Source of the DNA: Antedon mediterranea
Taxonomy: Eukaryota > Animalia > Echinodermata
Direction of reading: 5' to 3'
Length of the DNA: 64,000 nt
NCBI RefSeq assembly: GCF_964355755.1
Contig: NC_092671.1
Span: 6,882,001 to 6,946,000 of the forward strand
Below are positions 11,949 through 25,776 of this stretch, in pieces. The translations under genes were made by a program, and so were the position numbers. The notes below the pieces were generated by a model. The model did no database searches and had not been told where the DNA came from. It saw nothing but the letters and a program-made list of their open reading frames with translations. Numbering within the stretch: the first letter of the stretch is position 1; each line of letters begins with the position of its first letter.

Positions 11949-14900
11949 CTAAAACCGTGTAGCTTTGTCTTCAGCTTGGTCAGGGTGCTGGTCAGTGCCA
12001 ACAGGGTGTCGGCCTGGCATCTGGCTTCCTCTGTACTTGCGATTAGTAAACTTGACTGCCATACTGCTTCTTTGCTTATTTTGCTCTTTTTCACGTTTAT
12101 GAGGATTATGGGTAGGTATGACTCGTTGACAGAAGAACACAGTTGCTACCATGAAGATGACTAACACTATTATACCGATGAGTACCACATACCATTGGTC
12201 CTGCAAGAAAAATAATTAAATTACAGTATTCACCTTAATTTACCAATATGGTACATATCTTCCCTTATTTGGAATACATTATTTACATATATTGATGATG
12301 TCACAAAAGCTTATACTGTAAGTTATTTTGAACTTGAACTTTATTATTGTAATTCATTATATAAATAAATTAAAATAATAATAATAAGACATCCTCTGTT
12401 GCTCACTGCATTTTGCAAAATATTTTGTTCTGTTTCTGAGAGGTTAATTTATTGTTTTAATTCTTGATTTCAAAGAGCAGATTAGCAATCAATATTATAC
12501 CATTGCTCTATGTATACAATCTACTGTTTGTTACATATATTTCAATGGTAATTTACAACCTGTAATATGATATATGTAAAGAGATATTTCTGGTGGTTAA
12601 ACCATGGAGTTAAACAGACATCTACAGAGCATCATAGAGCTTTACACTATCAAACCAGTTTGACAAAAAAGGTGTAATGTGTTAAAAAAAGGAGTGATAT
12701 GCCTAAATATGGTATGACATCATCATATCCATATATGGGCACATCACATTTTTTGTCACATAAAGTTTGATAGTGTAGATAGAGCCTAACAGTATTTTAA
12801 TGCCTACCTGTAACCATGTGCCAATCGCATCAATAACAGAATCTTCATCGCTGAAAAATATACGTTTGATGATACTAGCCAACGGACCATCCTCGTCAAC
12901 ATTCTGACACTCGTTGAATACGTCACAATATCCACGGAAGTTTCCGTCCTTGTTATTGCATGCAGATCCAATCGGCATGTAGATGACATTGTTGTACTTG
13001 TCTAGGATGTTGATGTCGCTGGCAGGAACGCAAGTCGCTGGTTTGCCAACGTTCTGACAGCAGACTTGACATAACTCCGAGGAAGGCGTGTTAGCGGTCA
13101 CCTCGCATAAGCATGGGTCAAGATGGCCAAAGGCATTGCATATGGAACCGCTGCATGTTCCACTACTACAGACCATGGTACCATTGTTACATTTTGTGTT
13201 GTCGGCAGTTTTTGAGGCCGAAGGACATTTTACATTACCAGATGTAAATAAAAGTCAAGGTAAATAAGAAATAAGACATTTTATGGAGAATCCCACTGTT
13301 TTGAATAGTTTACCAAGTTCTTTAAATACATTTTACAGAGAACGGCTTAATGTCATATCCAAAGGACGTGGCAATGAGAGAAAATCATTTAAAGCAAAAT
13401 ACAATGCTACAATGGCACAATGGAATTATAGCCTTTCTGTACACACTGAGCCAACATTCAGCTTGGTGGCCTGGAGAAAATTTTTGGGCTTTCTTTCAGA
13501 CACTGCTTTCACACACATGGTTTGTACTTTATCTAGAATAAGTTGGCATGAATGGTTTTATTCTTAAACACTACACACATTTTTTGTTTATCCAGGCATC
13601 CGACCAGAATTTGAGCCCAGTGTGAACACAGATTAAGTGCTATATTTATACATAATGAATAACTGTAAAAGGATATCTACATGTTGACTGCTGCCTGCAT
13701 TCAGTTTGCGGACTACAAACGTAATTATTGGAGCGATATTGACACATATTATTGCAGCACGGCCCTTGAGACGGACTGCAAACTCCCATTTGCAACTTGC
13801 ATGAGTTTTGATTGTTATGCTGCTCGTTTTGAGGAACACAACACTGCTCGTTGCAGTCGTTATTTTCTTGATAGCCACAGTCACATTGTTCTCCCGCTTC
13901 AATGATTTTATTACCGCAAAGTGATACCTGAGACATAGCTGTATCAAGAGAAAAAATGAATGTATTTTCATTAGGGTAATTTGTTTAAAGCTCTATCTAC
14001 ACTATCAAACTTTATGTGATGTACCCATGGACATGATGATTTCATATCACTACCATATTTGAGCATATCACTACCATATTTGGGCACATCACACATTTTT
14101 TTGTCAAACTAGTTTGAAAGTGTAGACATAGCTTAACAAGTCTCTATTTTTCATGCAAAGTAAGTGCTTTTTCGATCCAGAGATGAGAACTGTAAAGCCA
14201 GTAAACTAGAAACAAATATTTCATATGATACATTTGTTGGCAAATGCATGCACTGTTCATTTGGTCAAATCTCCTTTTTATCACTAAAGTTCCCAAACAA
14301 AGTAGTGTTATGACATCATCACATTTTTTGTCACATAAAGTTTTAATGGTGTAGACAGAGCTTAAAGGGCATATCCAGATATATCTTCATGTCCTACAAG
14401 CCAGTCAATATTTGTATAATAACTTACTCTTGAAACAATTTGTTTTGCCATTGCTTTCTTTAAATACAGCATTTAGAACTAGTGAGATATTACCCACTGA
14501 ACATGGTGAGAACCTGTCATTATTTGGTTGGTCAGCGTTTGAAGAATACGCATACATCAAATAGTTACCATTAGGCATTCCTGGTAAACATTCCTGCCTG
14601 GCATCATGCTACAAAAAAATATAAATCAATAACCAATCAATTAATATAAATCAATAACCAATCAATTAATACAAATCAATAACCAATACATACAAATCAA
14701 TAACCAATAAATACAAATCAATAACCAATCAATACAAATCAATAACCAATAAATAATTAATCAATAACCAATCAATACAAATCAATAACCAGTCAATACA
14801 AATCAAAAACCAATGAATTAATATAAATCAATAACCAATCAATTACAGATTAAACATTAAAGCAGTTAGTAGTGTTTTGATGTCTTTTTCTCTTTATAAT

Positions 14901-17900
14901 GAATAACATAACTTTTAGTAGTATACTTCATTTATGTCAAGCAAACATCAAAATGGGTGCGTCCATTGTAAGCGATCTTTTAATACTAGCATGGTATTTA
15001 ATCTTACATTTTTGCACAAAAATAACTACTTAGTAAGATCTATTTCTAGTTTACAGTGAGGTGAATTCGTAGCAATACAATGTTTTTTCTACAGTAGGAA
15101 GGGATTGACTTTGGTAAAATCCCCTTTTTACTGAAATTGTAACAATAACATTATTCAGAATACAAACTATACAATCAAACTCACAGGTGATCCAAAACTA
15201 TGGCCAACCTCATGCGCAAAGGTCAAACTGGAGATTCGGGACGGAACATTAGCTCCGTAGTTATTTTCTGTTACAATACCGGTATTCAATGATTTTCCAC
15301 TTCGGTATCGATCACATATTCCACCACTTGTTCCACTACTGGGACTCGCAATCCATGCTAAGCCGAGTACGCCATTGCTAAAATCACGATTGGCAAAGGT
15401 GTAGGAAAGGCAATATTTATTGTGGTTTTCACTAGAAGCCAAATCTAAAAATCTCTCAACTCCTATGTATTCTTCTGAAAAAACATTTCCATCAGGACTG
15501 GAGAAAACCTGTAATATTAAAAATTGATTGTAAAGCTCTGTCTACACTATTAAACTAGTTTGACCAAAAAAGTGTGATGTGCACAAATATGGTAGTGAGT
15601 GATATACCCAAATATGGTAGTGATATGACACTATCATGTCCATATATGGAAACATCACATTTTGTTGTCACATAAAGTTTAATAGACTAGTGTAGACAGA
15701 ACTTCATATCAACCAGCATAAATCGAAATACAAGTGTACTTCTAACTAGGGCTCGTGATAATAATGCTCTCTCTTTTTTTTTCTTCACATATTTTATTAT
15801 CATATGTCATTATTTTCTAAATAAATTTTAAAAACTGAAATTAACTTAAAACTGTTTTAACCTAGATAAAGTATTGGTGGTAATATTTGGTTAATGAATT
15901 ATTCGAAGCTGAATGGCAATTGTACTAACATTACAAATACGTATACTTTATAGATAATAAACATGAACTTCTCAATCTAATCAATTTTAATTCAAGTTTT
16001 GAATTATTTTCATTAAGTCAGGTTGGATGTCAATTTCAGAGAATGTATTATCTTCGTCACAGCCTTGTGTACACAGTACGTACGGTAAAAGCCTTCCTGG
16101 CCAGGTTAACTCACAAGTGCAAAGCAAAACATATAGCAATAAACATCTTATTCTTACTTTGATTCTGGCAACAGCTAATTGGATGCCGGTGTAACTTCCA
16201 AAGGTGGTCATTCTAAAGATGACGTTAGCAGCCTCAACATGTTCTGATATGGCTGCTACTACAGCTTGCGTTGAACCATACCTAGAAAAAATGGCAATGG
16301 GGATGAAGAAACAGACGTAGAAGCAAAATTTGGGTCAATTATGATGTCTTAAGTGCATGAGAACAAAACAATACACATGGTACTCAAAGTTAGTGTGGTC
16401 TTATCAAGTTCATTCTCAATTATCAGACTATCTTGTGGAGCTGTGGTTTGGTGGCTATAATGCTTGGCTACCAATCCAAGGGTCCTGGGTTCAAGCCCTG
16501 TCAGTGACAATTTATAACTCCACTCTCAAAGACTTGTAATAAGACTTTGTTTATGTTGTGTATATGTTTGTCTTGTAAACAGCCTAAATATATAGATATG
16601 ATAGTGCAATTTTAATTTAACATTATGTTAACCATTGTTTAACTTACTTGTTATAATATGTATGATCAGCTTTGATATATAAGGAACATGTTCTTCTATT
16701 AGACTGTCGTCTGACTCTTCTTGACTTTTCCTCATTCTTTAATTGCAAAAAAATAAATTATCAAAATTATATAATAAGTTAATATTAGGTAAGTATGTCT
16801 TTGTTAATCAAAACTACAATACTTCCAGGTTTCTATGGAAATTATAAACAGTTTTGTACATTGTTTTTGTGCTTTCAACATTCAACAAGAGGAAAATCTC
16901 TATTGAAAAAAAGAGAAGCAATTATTATACACATAAAGCTCTGTCTACACTATCAAATGTTATGTAACAAAATGTGATGTGCCCATATCACTACCATATG
17001 TGTGCATATCACTGTCATATTTGGGCACATCACATTTTTTTTGTCAAACTAGTTTGATAGTGTAAACTGAGCTTTAGTGAAAACTTTACCTCAACTGTCT
17101 CGCTTGATGTCTCATCATCAACTGGAATCTTCAATTTCTGCTTCATACGTTCATATACCTCATGACCAAGTCCACATTTTTCGCCTTTTGTATCTTTAAC
17201 ATGTTTATCCATGTAGACTACAGAGTGGAAATCTACCTCGTTAGGCTTGAAATATCGCTCAGCTGGTTCAACATAATACACACTGCCATTGCTAATAACC
17301 TGACCCTGAAAGCGACCATCTAGAACTGAGCCATATACGTGGGATGAGTATCGTTCATCTAATAAAAAAAGAATGTGATAGTTAATAATCACTAATCATA
17401 TATATGGGATTGTTGCAATGAATTATGGGAATATTACAATGCATTATGGGAACAGTGCAATGAATCATGAGCTGACCAAATATGTGATAGTTATTACTCA
17501 TTAATTATTAAATATATGGGATTATTGCAATGATTAAGGGGAACAATGTAATGAATTATGGGGTGACCAAATGTGAAAGTTAATCCTCACTAATTAAATG
17601 TATATGGGATTATTGCAATGAATTATGGGAAGAATCGTGGAAGAATGCAATGAATTATGGGAAGAATGCAATGAATCATGGGGTGTGCAAATAATCATTT
17701 AAAATGGACCTGAAATGGATTTTCGATTTTTTTCATTTTAGAATGATGTTTTGGGGGCTATTAGGTGTTGTTAGAATGTATATTGTTACAAAATATAAAT
17801 TGGCCCTTTTGGGGAAAGCCCCATTTGAAAATCAAAAAAATTCGCGGGTGACGTCACTTTGCGAATATATTCCTATCCCTCCAATGGACAATTTGCAGTT

Positions 17901-20900
17901 TTTTGGCTATAACTCTTGAAATCTATGGAGTATTTTCTAAAAAATGCTTGTGCATTTGCAGAAACGTATTTAGAATTTTTTTAGATAAAATTAGTACCGT
18001 ATAAACGGTTATTCATCGAGTAAATGACGATTTAAAATCTTAAAATCAACGGTTTTTTTCTGGCAATACCGAAGTTGGCCTGGCAACGTTGTCCGGGATA
18101 CAGCTCCGTGCGCAATGATGCGTATCCATATTTTCCGTTCGTGTATTTTGTATATCGTTCGTAATTTATACTGCTAAAATGTGTTAGTTTCTTTAGTTTT
18201 TAGTTTAGCAGAATTAAATTAGTAATATGAGATGATAATTTATTTGTCACGAATCAGGCAGTTCGAAAACGAATTTTATTCATATTTTACTTTGGCTTGA
18301 CAATGAGCGCAGCAAGTTGTTGATATCGCTTTGGTCCTTGGATGCACATGAAACAGAGCCTCGCCGCATGATGTGGGTGGTGGATCGACTCCGCGCGCTG
18401 GATTGGGGGCCTAGGCCTAGTAAAGGTTTGGGAGGTAGGCCTTCTAAATTCGGGTTTTATAACAAACGAAGTACATTTTAGGGACCTATATTTCAACAAC
18501 ATTAGATATTGAATAAATTAGTATTAGTGTCAACGCTTAGCGTATCTTTCCAGGCCGTCGACCCGGCCGTCGATCATTCACTGACTATCGGGCGGCATAC
18601 ACGCTCTCGATATCATCGTGTGTATATGTGACGTCGTGAATATAGAGGCTTCCGACGGCCGTTGAAATAGAATATTGCAATGGCGTGAGTAATTTTCGCT
18701 AATTTACCATGGTATCTTAAAATTTCGTTTTTACTCAAAATACTATACATTTTGTTTTTATTTGTATGGGTTTGTGTTAATTTGATACATTTAAATAACA
18801 TGTGTGAATTTCTTGAAAATCGAAATTCCATTTCAGGTCCATTTTAATATACTGTAATCATCATTTTAAGTATTATGCAACTGTTGCTAAATGCAACAGT
18901 TGATGTATTGTCCCTTGAAACACAAAAAAATGAAGGTCAAAATATTCTAAATTTAAAGTGGCCATATCAAAGTAATATTAAAGTTATTCACTTTAAGTCG
19001 AAAATTCGAGCCAAAAACAACAAGTTTACGTAATTAACAGGTAAATTAGTTTGATTACATTTCATCTGGAAAATTGTCACGAGCAAAAGTAAACAAAGAT
19101 TTCAATCCATTAGTACGCATTATGCATATGCTAAATTAGGATTGTATACAACTCGTCACGGTTAAGAAGGTATTTTCACACAGATCACGAGTAAGTTTTA
19201 TGATTATGCATACAGAGTAGCCAAACAAGCGCGTTTCATTATGGGATATGTTTATGGTTTTGATTGAAAACTTTGACTGGAAGTCAAAGTTATTTTTTTA
19301 ACAAAAAAACGTCTGTATTTCAGTTAAATTATTTTTTTTTTCAAAACATTTTTGGTGATAGTTAATAACTATTATGATACTTCAAAATGACCCACGTTTT
19401 TTCGAAATCTTTTATTTTTTATTTTTTTGGAATTAGTCAAAGGGACAATACATCTTTAAATATATGGGATTATTGCAATGATTAAGGGGAACAATGTAAT
19501 GAATTATGGGGTGACCAAATGTGAAAGTTAATCCTCACTAATTAAATGTATATGGGATTATTGCAATGAATTATGGGAAGAATGCAATGAATTATGGGAA
19601 GAATGCAATGAGTCATGGGGTGTGCAAATATAATAATCATTTAATATACTGTAGTGTAATCATCATTTTAAGTATTATGCAACTGTTGCTAAATGTATTA
19701 ATTAAGCCTAATCTATTAAATATTATGATAAGCTAAATTGGAAACCTTGACAATCTGGTCACAATAAATATATATCCTTGATAAAGAATTACTCTATTGA
19801 TTTTGTCTTAAGTCTACAGTATGTTGTATATATACCTCAATAGGGTCATGAAACTCAGAGTTACTAGGCCTACTACTACGACTTATCGTAGGGCATGGTT
19901 TAATAAAAAGTGGATTTAACTTTAAATAGTTATAGAAATACACTACATTAAGTTTGTTATCCAATTTGTTTGCAATAAACCTTTAAGCTTTAGAAATTCA
20001 ATGAGCCCATGAATAGAGCTGGACCCCATAACAAAGGCAACCCAACAGACAATGGCACAATTTAAGGCAATGAAAGCTTCAAATACCAACATGGATATCG
20101 GTAGGATATCAGTACACAAAGAACTGGTCAGGACATGGGACTATTAGATTTATATCAGTGGTAAATAAATCAATCAAAATTATATATTCCTTTGGTCACT
20201 TGGTATATTAATAATGTATAAAAAAGAAATAATGAAATATAAAGTAAATTATTATATTAGTTAGTCTATGTTTATTATCAAAAACAATTATTCAGCTTAT
20301 AAATATCTTTTTTAAGTGCCAGTAAGTTAGTTAAATAGGACTTTTCCCAAAAGCGCTGTAAAAAAGTTTACATATAAATCAAAAATACTTACCATTTACA
20401 TAGCCTGTGCAGACATAATAAGGGAAATGTGAGTCTTTCTTCTCAGTTGTATCTACCTCAAATCCTTCAGCAAAGATGGAATTATCTCTCCGTAATCGTA
20501 TATTAAAATTACTATATAAATAAAAAATCATACATGTTTACCATTATGCTTCTTAATTACTTTATGAATTACATATTTTGTACAGCACTTCATAGCGGCA
20601 CTTACTGGGGAGGTGGAGGGGGGATACCAATTGGCTGAATGATCCAGGATTTAGAAATAGGGCCTAAAAATGGTGAAATGAAGGGCTGAGCTTAATTTGA
20701 TGTCCTATCTTTTGCATTACAATTTACGAAATTTAGATTGGGAGTTGGGGGGAGGGGGTCAGAAATTATGTCTTACAGTACTTATCTTTTCTGCCATGAA
20801 ATTGGGAAGGTGTCGTGTACCAAAGACCAACAGATTTTGCCTATTATTGAACCATATTATAAATTTGTCATCAAATAATTTATTTCTCTTTTTGATTTAA

Positions 20901-23900
20901 GCATAATAAAAGATACTGATACTATATTTATCTAGTGTATGCCTACTAAGTATGTATGTTTACTGTACTGTATATAACAATGCGGTCCCTGAAGGAGTGG
21001 CAATGGGATTCTATATTAGATTTCTTTGAAGACATGCATCACTAGACTTCTATAATATAGTAATAATGCAATAGGGTGTAAAATCTAATCATGCATTGAT
21101 ACTGACAACTGCTGTAATAAAAGCATTAGTGTACATCATAGGGTATAATTTGCAAATTCACTGTTGACGGTACAATAACTTAAAGCTCTACACTATCAAA
21201 CTTTATGTGACACAAAATGTGATGTGACCATATATGGTAGTGCTATGCTTAAATATGGTAGTGATATGACATCATCATGTCCATATATGGGCACATCACA
21301 TTTTTTTGACACATAAAGTTTGATAGTGTAGACAAAGCTTAATGGACTATCATACTTGGACGTATCACACCGTTTTTTTGTCAAACCAGTTTGATAGTGT
21401 AGACAGAGTATAAACTAATAAATTAAAAAAACACATTGATTGAGGGTGGAAAGAATTTTCTATACTCTTTTGCAAAATTGGAAGATTTACTATAAATGTT
21501 TTCAATCTCATAGATAACTGTCTATAAAAACAATCATTTAGTTTCTTACCGGTTAAATGCGCTGAATTTTACGCTAAAAGACTGTCCAACATCTTTAACG
21601 GCGCGAGTATGACGTGAATGAATCTCGCTTCTATCATAGCTAAGTTTCTCAAAATCGGATATAAATTCGTTTAACTTTTTATCTGCAAAAAGAAAAAAAA
21701 TTAATGATTCTTGGCTGGATCTTGATTAAGTATTTCTCAAAATTGAATGAATTAAAATTCAATCTTCAACAAAACATCAAAATGTTAGTGGAGTGACTTT
21801 ACCATTTGATATCAGGCCTAAGATCACACTTTACTAAGTGGAATAACTAGACAGTAATTTAGAATACTATTATTTTATTGTGTTTGAAGGTTTGCATGGC
21901 GAAATCAAATGTGGTACACCACGTTTTTTGTGTTCTGAAAAGAACTGTTGAGTTTCTCAAAGAACTAATTCAGAACTAATATAAGTGGTGTACCGCAAAC
22001 ATTGTATCAACTATTATTTTAATTATAAAAAAAGTTTATTTTGTGATGTTTCTTTATAAAAGCCAAAATGAGCCAATTGTAGCTACATACAGTACTGAAT
22101 TACATTCATTAACTTCTTATAGGCTATAGACTGTGCCTATGCTACTTTTGTGATTCAATTCAATAAAATGTTATTAATATTATCAAACACTTGTGGGAAA
22201 TTCATTTAGTAGTGGTATACAAAGATTCATAAAACATTTAAAAAGTACACAAAAAGGCAATCACAATAAAAATCTAAACTATGTTAAAAGATACAGTGAA
22301 AAACAATGAGCAGTTTGTCACTACAACCTGGTCGCCACCATTTCTATTAATAGTCAAACAATGAGCCAATTGTAGTTACTGTACTATTGTATATACATTT
22401 ATTAACTTCTTAGGGACTGTACTGTACTGTGCCTATATGCTACTGCATATATACAGTACATTTCACATAGCCAAGTACTGTAACAAGTAGCACTTGAGTT
22501 TCCTCTGATGTCATTGCTTAAATATTTACAGTGAATTGTGTGTGATTGTCAGTGTGCTATTACAAGTACTCAACTTATTTAGTAAACACAGTTGAGTAGG
22601 CCTACTCTGAGTGTGATTCAATAAGAATAAATATAATTTAATTAAATTATTTAAGAAATATAAAAATAAAATTGTAATGACAACTATCATGAAACTAATT
22701 TTCAAGAACAAAATATTGTAAAATAATAATAAATTTGTTAAATATGATAATAATGACATAACAGCATGAAATGAAAGGAAATTACTTGGCAATTTTAACA
22801 CATACTGTATGTTTCAAATTTGCATTTTAAAAGGTTCTTTAGGAATTGAAAGTGGATGTTGTATGATTTGTGACGTAAAGCAACCAGCAGTCCAGGATGA
22901 GTCACAATCTACACAACGTTCAATAAGCTACAAAAGGAAATTAGCCTAATTAATAAACAGATATAGCAAAATTAGTGGCAAAAATAATAAATATTCATAG
23001 TGTTACAAAAGCCTCATTTCTTTGTTGTGATTTGATCAATTTCAATAGGCGGTAATTATTTAATATCTAAATTATTTACTATCTAAATATTTTATGAAAA
23101 TCTACAGTAATTTACAGTACTACTGTAAGTAATGAATAAATCATGGTTCTATATAAATATTGTAATTACTGTACCTTTATGCTATAATATAATTGACAAT
23201 GGGTCGAGTATTATATGGATAAAAATATTTAAGATGTATTCCTTATTTTTTTCAGTCATAATTGTTTTCGTTTTTTAAATTGTTAAAAATATATATACTG
23301 TACATCGCGCATGGAATGATTTTGTTTTTGCATCTGTGATGATGTGATCATAGAGGTGTATATGCTGGCTACACTATATGCATCCATGGTGTGATAGACT
23401 AGATGGTGAAGAAAAAATAGAATAAACATTCATTATTATGCATTATTTTTTATAAAATCGTCAAACATTGCTGGGAATATGTCATACATGTACTGTTTGA
23501 TCTTGAGGAAGGTAAATAAAGTTTTTTTTTATTAATTTTGTAGTCCATGATAAACTTAAATATACAGTTTAAACATTACAATTTTACAAACAAATTGCAC
23601 TGTACAAAATTAATAATAAATATCCATCATTAATAATATTCTTTTTACAACAAGCTAATTATTACTATACTTTCAGGCAACCGTAGGCCTACTACTTGGC
23701 CAAACAAACCCAAATTTTATTTAGCTAAGGGTTAAAAATGTGACTAATCACCGGTTAGCTACTGAACGACAAGCTAAGTATATACTCAGCTGTGTGGGTG
23801 GCTAGTCTTTTGACAGTACAGTCCCTTGTTGAAAAAACGCGTCGGGCGTCTACACAACAAAGCATTCGAACTTACCGCTAGGAATACCAATTGATGTCGG

Positions 23901-23939
23901 TATTAAACACAAGAGTACTAATAACTCTGATAAGAACAT
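11949..23939 (-). CDS. ADAM10: ADAM10/Kuzbanian-like metalloprotease-disintegrin, paralog 2 (complete, 11 coding exons)
   Basis: Exons 23939-23876 (signal peptide [18 protein letters not shown]), 21682-21550, 20511-20393, 17358-17090, 16736-16648 (furin RVRR), 16281-16158, 15508-15185 ([10 protein letters not shown]|H), 14608-14428 (GNYLMYA), 13938-13677 ([15 protein letters not shown]), 13243-12808 and 12200-11949 (TM and tail). All intron phases are consistent. Confidence 0.92.
12638..12787. mobile_element. MITE family A copy
   Basis: AGCTTTACACTATCAAAC ... GTTTGATAGTGTAGATAGAGCC. Confidence 0.8.
13244..13676 (-). other. U12-type AT-AC intron in ADAM10 paralog 2
   Basis: Minus strand: TGTAG|ATATCCTTT at 13676, branch point TACCTTGAC at ~13262-13254, 3' end TTTAC| at 13244. 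Splicing gives ...[12 protein letters not shown]. Confidence 0.92.
13989..14133. mobile_element. MITE family A copy with TAA duplication
   Basis: TAA-AGCTCTATCTACAC ... GTGTAGACATAGCT-TAA. Confidence 0.85.
14620..14845. repeat. Minisatellite, ~19-24-bp unit AAATCAATAACCAAT(CAATAC)
   Basis: About 10 tandem copies immediately upstream of an ADAM10 paralog 2 splice acceptor. Confidence 0.9.
15534..15703. mobile_element. MITE family A copy
   Basis: Same TIRs and internal ~21-bp subrepeats. Confidence 0.8.
16436..16540 (+). mobile_element. tRNA-derived SINE family 1 copy
   Basis: GGCTACCAATCCAAGGGTCCTGGGTTCAAGCCC...AACTCCACTCTCAAAGACTTGTAA. Confidence 0.7.
16937..17073. mobile_element. MITE family A copy
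   Basis: Both TIRs present; ends ~16 bp from a splice donor. Confidence 0.85.
17703..18843. mobile_element. Non-autonomous TTAA-targeting DNA transposon, Kolobok-like (~1.1 kb)
   Basis: TTAA-AATGGACCTGAAATGGA..TTCGATTT ... AAATCGAAATTCCATTTCAGGTCCATT-TTAA. The empty site with a single TTAA survives in the duplicated flank at ~19635-19650. Confidence 0.85.
18902..19455. mobile_element. Second non-autonomous Kolobok-like element
   Basis: TIRs GATGTATTGTCCC / GGGACAATACATCT-TTAA; the same right end recurs at ~52720-52738. Confidence 0.75.
21184..21409. mobile_element. MITE family A copy with duplicated right end
   Basis: Two successive GTTTGATAGTGTAGACA ends. Confidence 0.75.
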
Positions 23940-25512
23940 GATTTGTTTAGTTTCCAGGGGACTTTTTGTAGGGTTTATCAGCAGGCAGACTTTAGACCCC
24001 GTTGTATGTATGCCTGAATATGAATTTCCAATACAAATCGATGTGTCATCAAAGACACTGTATGCAACAACAACTGTTGCTCTTGTGTTTTTGTAAGTGC
24101 ACGCCCAGCATCTCAACTGAGGGCGCTATTATGCTTTCCTTTAAAATCAAAGGGAAAAGGGGGATGTGGGGCAGAGGGAGGCAATATATGTATCAAATTG
24201 ACAGTCAAACCACAAATTATATATTGAGCTATTTATTAAATATTGTTCAAAAACACTGTACACATATTATGGTACATAAGAGAAGCCAACGGCTGAAACA
24301 GTTCTGCCGTACCATACATTTCCTAAATGATTTTTAATTAAAATAAAAAGGTTAAGTTGCCTTAACAAAATAAAATTTAAAAAACATTGCTGATTATTCA
24401 AAATAAGTAGGAGTATTTAGAAACAAATCTCATTGTGGATACAAAATATAAGTCATCATAAATTTTAAAAAGATGCAATTGTTTTTCTTGTAAGAAATCA
24501 ATTTTTTTTACCTAAATCTCAGCATTAGTATTTTAATAGAAATGCAGATGATTAGCATTACAGTCAACTACTCCCTAACCAAACTCAAAGGTGTTGATTT
24601 CTTACTACAGCTTAAAATAGTAATTGATCAATGAGGGCCTGCTTATAGGCTATTTCTTACATTTAAACTTGTGAATGTGAAAATTAAACAACTTAAATAC
24701 TGTATATAGAATTAGTATTTACTTACAAAATATATTTGATTTATTGATTTGATATAAAAACATTTAATTAATTTTATGCTAAAAACTTAATTCTAAATGA
24801 AGGATTTTGTTAATGAGGAAGATCAAACAAAAAAATGAACACAAATTTAAATAAGCATCCATAACTAGACAGTGACTGGACTTCCTAACTTTGTATGGCC
24901 TGTACTATATGCAAACATGTTTAGTTGCTTAAGTTTCTGGTGTTGATATCAATTTTTGAACATTGTATATAATATTGATAAATAATTCTATGTAGTTAAG
25001 TTCTTCGTGGGCCCCAGACATCTCATGTTATGGTGAATCTGTTGCTTTTGGGGTCTCTGGACTTGATGTCGAATGATTATGAAATTAAATACTGTAATTA
25101 CTTGATCACACATGTTACATGTTCTAACACTTTATTAGTTAGTGAATAACACTACAGCATATCTACAGTCTATCAAAAACAATTTTTATAAGCACATTCA
25201 AAATAAAATAAATTTTTTGGGAAATTTGACAGTATCCCTCCAATAAAAGACTCTTGGCACATTTCAATTTAAAGATGTCAGCTTGGTTTTTGTTTTTAAT
25301 TGAAAATCGTAATTATTTTAAAGTGTGACAATTATTGCAATTTTTGGCACCTTTAAATAAGTATGTCACATTATGTTGGTTTAAATAATCACAATTATTT
25401 TACTGTAATTCTAATTATTCAGACATGTAAATTTAAAGTCTTCAATTGGAGGGTACTCATTGTGAGGTAGACCTCATATAATTGCATTATTAAAATATAT
25501 TGATATAAAATG

Positions 25513-25738
25513 TTATTTTAATCGACTAATTACATATTTTGCTAGACTAATCAAGGCAGCTTGTTCTGGAGATGATTTTAATTGTTTTATTTGTCTTACA
25601 GCTTCATCACAGTGCCGTTGGGCTAGAAACCTTGTCTGCTCTATTCCATCACTCTGTAAAGAATAACATTTATTATATAAGTAATAACTTATATGGTTTA
25701 ATCTATAGTAACTTAATGGTTTGACCTATACCAGTAAT

Positions 25739-25776
<38 letters not shown>

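Noticed and set aside
14620-14845. CRISPR-like periodic repeats (also 2695-2915 and 17395-17690)
   Set aside because: No unique spacers, no cas genes, and a eukaryotic intron context; these are ordinary tandem repeats.
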